DNA of 64,000 bases from an uncultured Chloroflexia bacterium (GTDB lineage Bacteria > Chloroflexota > Limnocylindria > Limnocylindrales > CSP1-4), in NCBI GenBank assembly GCA_963850045.1, contig CAWKJL010000003.1, positions 965,288 through 1,029,287 on the forward strand, written 5' to 3'. Below the pieces are notes generated by a model. The model was not told the DNA's origin. It was given only the letters and a program-made list of their open reading frames with translations, and ran no database searches. The position numbers were made by a program, and so were the translations under genes. Below, piece after piece: positions 30,112-39,930 of the stretch (positions within the stretch are counted from its first letter, which is position 1; each line of letters begins with the position of its first letter).

Positions 30112-33100
30112 TGGACCACGATCGAGCCCGCGAACTGGCGGCGGCCACCTTCGACTTCGAGCTCTCCGCCGCGGATCGGGCCGAGCTGCGCGACCACCTC
30201 GCCGGCTGCGCGCAGTGTCACGTCTTCAACGAAGGACTCGCGGCCGATGCCCGGGCGCTCGCTGGACTGCCGATCGCAGACGCGCCGCACGACCTCCGAT
30301 CGCGCATCGTGGACGGCGAGCCGGCCCCCGGACACGCGCCGGCGGCCGATCCCGGGACGATGGCGCCAAGGCGCCCCGCTCCGCTCGTGCCGGTCCGCTA
30401 CCGGCGACCGGCCGCCCTGGTCGCGAGCGCCGCCGTCGTCGTGGCGCTCATCGGCGGCCTGCTCCTCTGGGGGTCGCGACCGGGCGACGGCGGCGTCGCG
30501 GCGGTCAGCCCATCCCCCGACTCCCCCATCGCGTCCGGCTGGCGATCGCTCGGCCCGAACGCGTCACCCGGCGCCCCGGGCGCCCCCGGCGCGTCCGGCG
30601 AGCCCGGATCGGTCACGGCGACCGGTGATTGGCGCGCGGTCGCGGCGCTGGTCCCCGACGGCTCAGACTCCGCGGCCATCGACCTCGACGGCACGTTCCG
30701 GCTGACCAGCCTCGACGGCACGCCGCCGGCCGAGCTCGCGGCCCGCGTCCGCGTCGATCCGCCCGTCGCGCTCGCGGTGGCGCCCGAGCCGGACGGCAAC
30801 GGCGTCCGCCTGACGCCGAGCGAGGCGCTGACCCCGGGGACCGTCTACCGGTTCACGCTCGCCGGCCCGACCGGGGAGACCGTGGACTCGTGGGCCTTCC
30901 AGACGACCGCGCCGCTCCAGGTGGTCTCCACGCTCCCGGAGGACCACGAGACCAGCGTCCCGTTGAACACGGGCATCGAGATCACGTTCGACCAGGACGG
31001 CGTCACCGATGCCGCCTCGCACGTGACCATCGAGCCGACGACCTCGGGCCGCTTCGAGCAGCACGGCCGGGTCCTCGCCTTCGTCCCGGACGCCCTCAAG
31101 CCGGGCACGATCTACACGGTCACGGTCGCGCGCGGCACGACCGCCGGGCCGGGCGCCAAGCCGATGGCCAGCGACCTGCGGTTCCAGTTCGAGACCGACA
31201 AGCCGCAGCCCAGCGGTCAGGCTCGCGAACCCCAGTTCTCGGACGTCCTGTACGAATCCGGGACGTCCAGCCGCCCGGTCATCTCGATGTGGACGGACGA
31301 TGGCGAAGACACGCCGCCGGTCACGTCGGCCCAGCTGGACATCTACCGGTTCGGATCGCTCGATGCGGCGATCGCGGCCTACCGGCAACTGCAGGGATCC
31401 CCAGCTTGGGCGCAATGGGCCAACGAGCACCCCATCGACACCGGCCCGCTGACGAAGGTCGCCTCGCTCGATGCGAGTCTCGCGACACGTCCGCAGGGTG
31501 GCCCCTCGTGGACCGCGCTGCCGGAGCCGCTGCCGGCGGGCTGGTATCTCATCGAGCATCCGGCGACGCCCTACCCGGGCCAGGCCATCCTCCAGGTGAC
31601 CGATATCGCCTCGTATCTGCTGGTCACCGACACGAAGACCCTGCTCTGGACGAACGACCTCGCCACGGGCGGGCCGCTCCAGGGCGCGACGGTCGCCGTG
31701 GCCGGCGCCGGGTCGGATCTTGGCGCGACGGGCGCCGATGGCGTCCTCACGGTCGCGACCCCAGCCACGCTGCAGCCGCCAGCCCAGGACACCTGCGGGC
31801 AGGAGTGCATCAAGGTCGTCAGCGTCACCAAGGACGGTCGATCCTCCTTCGTCCCGGCATCGAACCCGAGCCCGGACGGCAAGGCCGGCTACGGCGGAGC
31901 GTCCGGCCACCGGTGGCTGACATTCGCGACCGATCGCACCCTCTATCGCCGCACGGACACGGTGAACCTGTGGGGGATGATCCGCGACCGCACCACGGGC
32001 AAGGTGCCGGCCGGCGTCGTGGTCAGGCTCCAGCCGATGGACGAGGACTTCGTGGCCACCGGTGCCCCGATCTCGACCTTGAGGCTGGCCCCACGGTCGA
32101 GCGGGGTGTTCAGCGGCAGCATCGCCCTGGCCGACGTCCCGGAAGGCTCGTACGAGCTCGAGCTGGTCGATGGGACCGAGGTGGTCCGGACGGCGAGCTT
32201 CCTGGTCGACCGGATCCTCAAGCCGGCGTACCGCATCGAGGTCGAGACCGGCCACCGTGCCTATGTCGTCGGCGAGCGGATCAAGTCGACGATCAAGGCC
32301 TCGTTCTTCGAGGGCTCACCGGTCCCGGGCGTCCCGCTTCGGGTGTCCCAGAGTGGCGACCGATCGGCCACGACCGACAAGACCGGCACGGCCGTCGTCA
32401 GGACGACCGCTCGACTCGAGGAGTCGAACGAGGGCGACCCGGAGGTCCAGACCGTCTCCGTGTCGCCGCGGCGAGCGGAGGAAGGGCAGATCCAGGGTTC
32501 CTCACGCGAGTTCCTCGTGTTCCCGAGCAGCCGCACGATCACGGCCGATTCCGGGATCTCGACGGGACGGGTCCGCGTCGCTGGCACCGTCAACGCGCTG
32601 GATCGCGCCGGTCTCGAACGCGCCCTCGCCGGCGATGCGTCGGTGTGGGAGGTGGATGCGCGCGGGGCGCCCGTCCGCGGCGTCACGGTGACCGCGACGT
32701 TCATGGAGCAGATCCCGGTCAAGACCCGGATCGGCACGGACTACGACATCATCGAGAAGACGACCGTGCCCGTCTACGAGTACACGACGAGGCAGCGAAA
32801 CGCCGGGTCGGTCCGAGTCAGGACGGACGCCAAGGGACGGTTCGCGGCATCGATCCCGGCCGGAAGCGGCCACCACGACTACACGGTCCTCCTCAAGGTC
32901 GCCGATCCGGACGGGCATACGGCACGGCGGACGACCTATGCCACCGACACTGCAGCACCGGTGTATGACGGATCGAGCCAGCCCGAACTGGTCCCGACGA
33001 ACGGCGTCGAACCGCCCGAGGGGTACAGCGTCGGCAGCCCGATCGATCTCACGCTGCGGGACCCGGCCCACCCGGCGGACACGACCAGTCGATACCTCTT

Positions 33101-35438
33101 CCACCTGACCCAGCAAGGCCTGCGCGACGTGGTCGTCCAGGGCTCACCGCGGTTCGTCGGCGCGTTCCAGTCGTGGGCGGTCCCGAACGTCTTCGTGACG
33201 GCCGTCCGCTTCACCGGGACCGGCTTCACCACGGCCGGGTACTCGGCCTCGTTCCGGACGGCGGACCGCAGCATCGACGTGCAGCTGACGCCGGACAAGG
33301 CGCGCTACGGCCCGCGCGACCAGGTGACGGTCGCGGTGCGGACGACCGATGCGGCCGGCAAGCCGATCGCGACGAGCGTCGTCCTCCGGGCCATCGACGA
33401 GAAGCTGTTCGCCATCGGCAGAGCCGAGGTCGACGACCCGCTCGGCGACATCTACGCGGCCCTCGACCCGGGCATCATCAGCAGCTACATCTCGCATCAG
33501 GGCCCGCCCGACTTCAGTGGCGGTGGCGGCGATACGACCGGCGGCGGCGGGGACGACTTCCGCGACGACTTCCGCGACAGCGTGCTGTTCAGGACGGTCG
33601 ATACCGGTGCGGACGGCCGGGCCTCGGCATCGTTCCGCCTCTCCGACGACCTGACGTCGTGGCGGATCCTCGGATCGGCGTTCACCACGGACGTCAAGGC
33701 CGGGACCGGTTCGACCGATATCGCCGTCGGGCTGCCGTTCTTCGTCGATGCCTCGATCGCGCCGGAGTATCTCTCACCGACCAGCCGACGATCCTCGCTC
33801 GCGCCTTCGGGACCGCCCTCCCGACGGGTGCCCGGGTGACGATCTCGGCGACCTCGCCGAGCCTCGGACTGAAGACCCGACCCGTCACGGTCGCCGCCTT
33901 CGCCGACGTCCCGATCCGGCTTCCGGCGCTGACCCTGGGCACGCACTCGGTGACGATCACGGCGACCTACGGGACCGGTCCGTCCGCCCGCACTGACCGG
34001 CTGGTCCGGACCTTCGCGGTCGTGCGTTCGCGCCTGGCCACGACCAGGACGGCCTATGTCGACCTCACCGGCACGATCCACCCCGACGGCGGTACCGGGC
34101 TGACGCGGGTGGTCGTCGCCGACAGCTCCGCCGGCCGTCACCTGCCGCTGCTGACCGAGCTGGCCGCCGGCGACGGCGTCCGCCTCGAGCGCGCCCTGGC
34201 GGCGGCGGCGGCCAGAGACCTGCTGATCTCTCGGTTCGGCGAGTCGGAAGCCGACGTCCCGGCCGGCGACTTCACCGGCGCTCGCTACCAGCAGGAGGAC
34301 GGCGGGATCTCGCTGGTCCCCGCCGGGAGCAGCGACCTCCAGACCTCCGTCCTGGTCGCCTTGACCGACCCGGGACCATTCTCCAAGGGCATGCTCACGC
34401 AGTACTTCCTGGCGGTCCAGGCCGACCCGAAGGCCACTCGCGAGCGCCAGGACTACGCCCTGGCCGGTCTGGCGGGTCTTCACGCCACGGTGCTCCCCCA
34501 GATCCAGGCGGCAGCAGCCGATGAGGGCCTGACCATCCGCGAGCGCCTGGTGCTCGGCATCGGGGCCGCCGCCCTGGGCGACGCGACGACGGCCCGGTCC
34601 ATCGCCCGCTCGCTGATCTCCCACTACGGCGAGCAGCAGGCCGGATGGGCCAGGCTGCGGGTCGGCACGACGACCGCGGACGGCGTCGAGGGCACCGCGT
34701 TGATGGCCATGCTCGCGGCGGCTACGGGCGACCCGCTCGCCCCGGCCTTCTGGGCCTATGTCGAGGCGAACCCCATGCCGGAACTGGTGGTCGACCTCCA
34801 TGCGATCGGCTACGTCGAACGGCTCCTCGAACGCCTTCCGCCGCGGCCCGCCAGCTTCGCCTACACGGTCGGCGGGACCCGCACGGTCGTGGACCTCAAG
34901 CCGGGCGGGACGTTCTCGATGGTCCTCACCGGGCCACAGCTGGCGTCCCTGGCCATCGAGCGCCTGACCGGGCTCGGTCGGCGTGACCACGGACTGGCGC
35001 GAGCCGGTCAAGGCGTCCACCATCGAACGCGATGCCGACATCACCGTGACCCGCACGGTCAGCCCGGGTGGCACCGTCAAGTCAGGCGACCTCGTCATCG
35101 TGAGCCTCAGGGTCCGGTTCGGGCAGCAGGCACCGACCGGCTGCCACCTGGTCACCGAGCTCGTGCCGTCCGGGCTGATCGCGGTCGGCCAGCTCGACGG
35201 CGTCTTCTACAGCGACGGCATCGACATGCCCGAGGGGGCCACGCCGCCGTTCGAGCAGATCGGCCAACGCCTGTCGTTCTGCGCCGAGAACGGGACGAAG
35301 GACCACGTCGACGACCTGCGCTACGAGGCCAGGGTCATCACACCCGGGACCTACACCTGGGAGCCGGCCGTCGTGGAGTCGCGGACCAGCGCGAACCATG
35401 CCGCCCTGACCGGGTCGAGGACGGTCACGATCCGCTGA
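30108..35438 (+). pseudogene. Zinc-binding anti-sigma (ZAS, zf-HC2) domain + TM helix + Ig-like domains + alpha-2-macroglobulin-like MG/bait/TED/receptor-binding ectodomain. About 1776 aa, with two frame disruptions near 33768-33776 and 34970-34972.
   Basis: The ATG overlaps the sigma-factor stop codon (ATGA). The N-terminal part LRDHLAGCAQCH carries Hx3Cx2C. The TM helix is AALVASAAVVVALIGGLLLW. The A2M hallmark FRDSVLFRTVDTGADGRASASFRLSDDLTSWRILGSAFTTDVKAGTGSTDIAVGLPFFVDASIAPEYL is present. The protein continues in ORF 33173-35563 (TDQPTILARAF...) and ends in ORF 34983-35438 (A2M receptor-domain-like, ...DLRYEARVITPGTYTWEPAVVES). Confidence 0.75.
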
Positions 35439-35447
35439 TCCGCCGGG

Positions 35448-36344
35448 CTAGCCCGCGACGGGCGTCGGGGTGGGGGTCGGCGTGGGCGTCGGCGTGGGTG
35501 TCGGCGTCGGTGGTGTCGGGGCCGGCCCCTCCTGCTGGCGCCACAGGTACTCGCGCAGCGTGAGGTTGCTGTCGTGGACCTTCGCGGCCGCGTCCCGCCC
35601 GACGTAGCGGTAGTGCCACGGCTCGTACATGTAGCACGTGACCGCGGTCTTGCCCTTGGGGTAGCTCATGATGAAGCCGTACTTCCACGCGTTCGCGGCC
35701 ATCCACGTGCCGGCCTTGCTCGTGGCCCAGTCGGACACGTTCCACGGGTCGGCGCCGCCGTAGCTCTTGAAGTCGAGGGCCGTGCCGAGCTGGTGCTCGC
35801 TGTGCCCCGCCCTGGCGCTCTCCTTGAGCGCGAAGGCGTAGCCGTGCGCCCGCACCCACGACGCGAAGGTCGCCTTCTGGGTCGTATAGCTGCGGAAGCC
35901 CGAGACCACGGCCATGCGCGCACCGGCGATGCGGGCCGCGGTGGCCATCGCCTTCAGGTCGGCGATCACCAGCAGCCGGACGCGTTCTCCACCGTTGAGC
36001 CCGGCCATCGTGGTCCAGCGCAGGTCCGTCGGCGCATAGCCCGAGCCGAGCCGCAGGCTGGAGTCCAGCACCGTGCGTGGCCATTGGCTGTACGAGCGCT
36101 GCTTGGTGAGGGTGTCCGCGACCTTGCATGCCGGAAGCGCCGGGGCCGTCGGGGCCGCCGAGGCTGTCGCCGCGAGCCCGGTCGCCAGCGCCACGACGAC
36201 GGCGAGGACGATCAGCGACGCAGCGGAAGCGCGGCCACGGGAGCGGGCGCGAGGCCCGGCGATGGTCGACGGGAAGGGCATGACGCGGCGAATCGTACGA
36301 CGGGGTATCGATCGATGGCCACTCCCCCGAACGTACCGGGGCAT
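35448..36344 (-). CDS. D-alanyl-D-alanine carboxypeptidase, VanY / peptidase M15B family, with a C-terminal (Thr-Pro)n tail
   Basis: Zn-ligand motifs are SGFRSY, SEHQLGTALDF and YEPWHYRYVG. A signal/TM segment LIVLAVVVALATGLAATASA is present. The start may be the internal ATG at 36281. Confidence 0.85.
   Translation of the reverse strand: MPRYVRGSGHRSIPRRTIRRVMPFPSTIAGPRARSRGRASAASLIVLAVVVALATGLAATASAAPTAPALPACKVADTLTKQRSYSQWPRTVLDSSLRLGSGYAPTDLRWTTMAGLNGGERVRLLVIADLKAMATAARIAGARMAVVSGFRSYTTQKATFASWVRAHGYAFALKESARAGHSEHQLGTALDFKSYGGADPWNVSDWATSKAGTWMAANAWKYGFIMSYPKGKTAVTCYMYEPWHYRYVGRDAAAKVHDSNLTLREYLWRQQEGPAPTPPTPTPTPTPTPTPTPTPVAG
35457..35525 (-). repeat. Coding (ACN-CCN)n microsatellite-like repeat encoding PTPPTPTPTPTPTPTPTPTP
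   Basis: On the plus strand this reads as repeated ggcgtcgg/ggtgtcgg units at the 3' end of the VanY gene. Confidence 0.8.
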
Positions 36345-36372
36345 CGCAACGCCGTTGCGGCGGGGAGCGAGG

Positions 36373-37946
36373 CTAGGGCGCGACGCTCGGTGTCGGCTCG
36401 GCCGGCAGCGACGGCGTCGGCTTCACGGTCGGCTTCGCGGTCGGCTTCTTCGTCGGCTTCGGAGTCGCCTTGGGCCTCGACGTCTTGTTGCCACAACTGC
36501 TCACGCCGCTGCCGCTCGGGGCCTTGGTGCTGCCCTTCGGGACCGCGTAGGTCTTGACCGGGAGCGATCCGTCGGTCGGGAACAGGGCTTTGGCGAGCGC
36601 CCGGATCTTCGCGATGTTCGGGATCTGGATCGACCCGCGCTGGTCATTTCCAGCGCCGACCAGCGGGTGGGCGATGACGGCCCGGTACGTGCCGGCCCGT
36701 CCGATCTTGGTGGCCGCATCGGCCAGGTCCGGCAGGAGCTTGCGGGGGACATTGGTGGTCACGGTCTGGCCGATCGCCTTGAGCAGGCCGATCGGATCGT
36801 TGACGAAGCCGCCCTTGACGACGCGGTCGCGGACGCCCGAGAGGACCTCCTGCTGGCGGGCGGCCCGGGTGAAGTCGCTCTCGCCGGCGGCCTTGCGCAC
36901 GCGCGCGTACGCCAGCGCCTGGTTCCCGGTGAGGTGGTGCTTGCCGGCCGTGATGGCGAAGCCGTTGGTGAACCCGTACTCGCGGTAGCGGACGTCGCAG
37001 AAGGCGTGGGCGACGTTCACGTCCACTCCGCCAAGGGTATTGACGACTTGACGAAGCCCTGCAGGGTCACCGCGGCGTAGTAGTCGACCTTGATGCCGAG
37101 CAGCTTGCCGAGGGCGCCGGTCAGGACGTCGAACCCGGTCCCGTCGTTTTGTGGGAACTGCTTCGGGTGCAGTCGGACATATGAGACGAGCCCGTTGATC
37201 TTGCCGCGGAACGTGCGGCCGTCCGCCAGCGGCACGTCGACCATGTCGCGCGGCACCGACACCATCGAGACGGTCTCGGTCGCCGGGTCCATCGAGACGA
37301 CGATCATCGTGTCGGTCGCGTACGTGTGACGGCCCACCCCGGCATCGACGCCGACGATCACGCCGGTGATCCGCGGGTCGGCGGGCACCGGCGTCGGCGA
37401 GGGCGAGGCGCTCGGCTCACCCGACGGCGAGGGCGACGCCGGGATGAGGTTGGCCGGGTCGGCCTCCGGCTGCTGCGACGGCAGGATCGCGGTGGCCGAC
37501 GGCTCGACGAAGACCTCGTCGGCGGTCTCGCGGGCGACCTCGGTCGCGTACCCGGCGTACGCCTGCGGCACGATGATCACGAGGAGGAGCAGGACGATCG
37601 GGAGGACGTCGCCCTTGCCCATCCGCGGCAGGCCGGGTGCGAACAGGCTGGATGCGACCGCGATGAGGCGCCACACGAGCAGGACGCCCTGGAACGCGAG
37701 CAGCCCCCAGATGACCTCGGATTCGAGGAGCGTGGCGACGAGCCGGGGTCCCGAGGTCGTCAGCGCGAGGTAGACGGCCACCGCCAGGGCCAGGATCGTC
37801 GGGGTCAGGAAGATCACGCCCAGCAGCCGCCGGCCGGCCACGACGTGGCCGAGCCCGGGGACGAAGGCGTCGAGGATGGCGGGGACGTAACGCGAGCGTC
37901 GGCTCGGCGTGGCGGACGCGACAGTGTCCGCGGCGTCGTCTGTCAC
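36373..37946 (-). pseudogene. LytR-CpsA-Psr (LCP) family cell-wall glycopolymer transferase, with a frame disruption near 37047-37050
   Basis: After N-terminal TM helices comes TDTMIVVSMDPATETVSMVSVPRDMVDVPL...GFDVLTGALGKLLGIKVDYYAAVTLQGFVK. The next frame continues as (LVNTLGG)VDVNVAHAF...GKHHLTGNQALAYARVRK...DFTRAARQQEVL. The C-terminal tail is Lys/Pro/Thr-rich. Confidence 0.85.
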
Positions 37947-38261
37947 CGGCGCAGGGTAGCAGCACTCGCCCGGACAGGCGCTGGAGGCGCCGGTCGGTCC
38001 TATGCCCGACTAGTACGGTCGGGCGGGGTAAGCGGCCCACCCAGTGAGGTAGTGTGAGGTCAGCGGGGGCTGGACACATCTTCGACGATGCCGCCTCCGA
38101 GGGACCCTTGACCTCAAGAACCAGGCCCGCGTCCCACCGGTTCATGGTGTTCTGTCAGGTCATCGCGGTGATCTCGTGGCTCGCCAGCCCGGTCGCCGGA
38201 CTTGCCGCGAGCCCCGCCCCGACGCCCGATGCGACGCCGACCGCGACCCAGCCCGCCGTCG

Positions 38262-38430
38262 ACCCGAGCGCCGAGCCCACCGCCGAGCCGACACGCCGAG
38301 CCCACCGCCGAGCCCACCGCCGAGCCGACCGCCGAGCCGACGCCGAGCCGAGCGCCGAGCCGACCGCCGAGCCGAGCGCCGAGCCGAGCGCGGAGCCGAG
38401 CGCGGAGCCCACGCCGGAGCCGACCCCCGC
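38262..38430 (+). repeat. Tandem 12-nt coding repeat (gccgagccSacc/agc) encoding (AEPT/AEPS)n
   Basis: Direct reading of the sequence shows about 13 units. The segment 38292-38342 is read out of frame (RRAHRRAHRRADRRAD) between a +1 and a -1 event. Confidence 0.85.
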
Positions 38431-39930
38431 GGCCACCCCGGCGCCCGTCACCGACACGTACATCGTGACCTTCGCGCCGGGCACCTCGGCCGCCGCCCAG
38501 GCGGCCAGCCTGGCCGCCGCCGGGGCGACCGCCACGGACGTCGATCGCGGTCCTGCGCATGCAGGTGGTCGACATCGCCCGCGGCTCGGACACGATCGCG
38601 GCCCTGCGCGCCGACGGCAACGTCACCCGGGTCGAGGCCGACCGGGTGCGCAGCGCCGAGGCGGCCCCCGACGACCCGCGCTACGACGACCAGTGGTCGC
38701 TGCGGACCATCGGCTGGGACCAGCTCTACGGCTCCGTCCAGCCGCAGGGCAGCGCGGTGGTGGCCGTGCTCGACACCGGGGTCGACGGGAGCACCCCCGA
38801 CCTGGCCGGCCAGCTGGTCCCCGGCACCAGCGTCCTCGACGGCTCCGACGGGCGGACCGACCCCAACGGCCACGGCACGGCCATGGCCGGCATCATCGCC
38901 GCCGCCAGCGGCAACGGCACGGCCATCGCCGGCATCGGCTACCAGGGCGTCCGGGTCATGCCCGTCACGGTCCTCGGGCCCGACGGCCTGGGCCAGGACA
39001 GCGACATCATCGCGGGCATCGTCTGGGCGGTCGGCCACGGCGCCGACGTGATCAACATGTCGTTCAGCAACCCGGGCTTCTCGACCGGCCTGCAGGCGGC
39101 CGTCGACTACGCCTGGGCGCACGACGTGGTGGTCGTCGCGGCGGCCGGCAACGACGCCTCGCACACGGCCACCTTCCCGGCCGGCGACCGCGCCGTGGTG
39201 GGCGTCTCCAACACCGACCGGGACGACCGCCTCGACCCGTCCTCGAACGACGGCGACAGCGTCTTCCTGGCCGCCCCGGGCAGCGACATCGCGACGCTCC
39301 TGCCGGGCGGCGGCACGACCAGCGTGTCGGGCACCTCGGCCTCCTCGGCCGAGGTGGCCGCCGCGGCCGCCCTGCTGCGGGCCATCGACCCGGGCGCCAG
39401 CAACGGGGTCATCGTGTCGCGCCTGGCGCGCACCGCCGCCGCGGTCGGCACGGTCGCCCAGACCGGCAACGGCCGGCTCGACCTGGCCCGCGCCGCGGCC
39501 GACACGGGGACCGACTTCGTGCAGCCCGTGGGCGCCACCCCGATCGGCTCGGGCGGGCCGTTCGTGGGGCCGTACGTGATCGCCGCGGCCGCGGTGAATG
39601 CCGCGACCACCACGCTGAACGGCGTGATCACGCCGATCTCGGTCGCCCCGGGTGGCTCGATCACCCTCGTGATGAACGTCACGACCAATGGGGCGGGCGC
39701 CGCCGCCCGCTGGTACTCGTCGCGCTGGGCGCTGGCCACTGCGCCGCCAGCGGTCGCTGCGATGACCTGCGTGAACCACCCGAACCATGACGGCCCGGGC
39801 ACGTTCTCCGAGACCATGACCATCACCGCGCCGGCCGCGGCCGGGAACTACAACCTCTACCTACTCGCCTACAACGCCGACGACTGCTTGACCGGGCCGA
39901 GCGCCCTGTTCACCCGCGCGAACGCCCTGG

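Noticed and set aside
37990-38030. The 7-bp inverted repeat gcccgac-tagtacg-gtcgggc between the divergent LCP and S8 genes, considered as an ECF or repressor operator.
   Set aside because: It is a single occurrence, has no similarity to the TGAAAC-N16-CGTCT motif upstream of the sigma gene, and is too short to distinguish from chance in GC-rich DNA.
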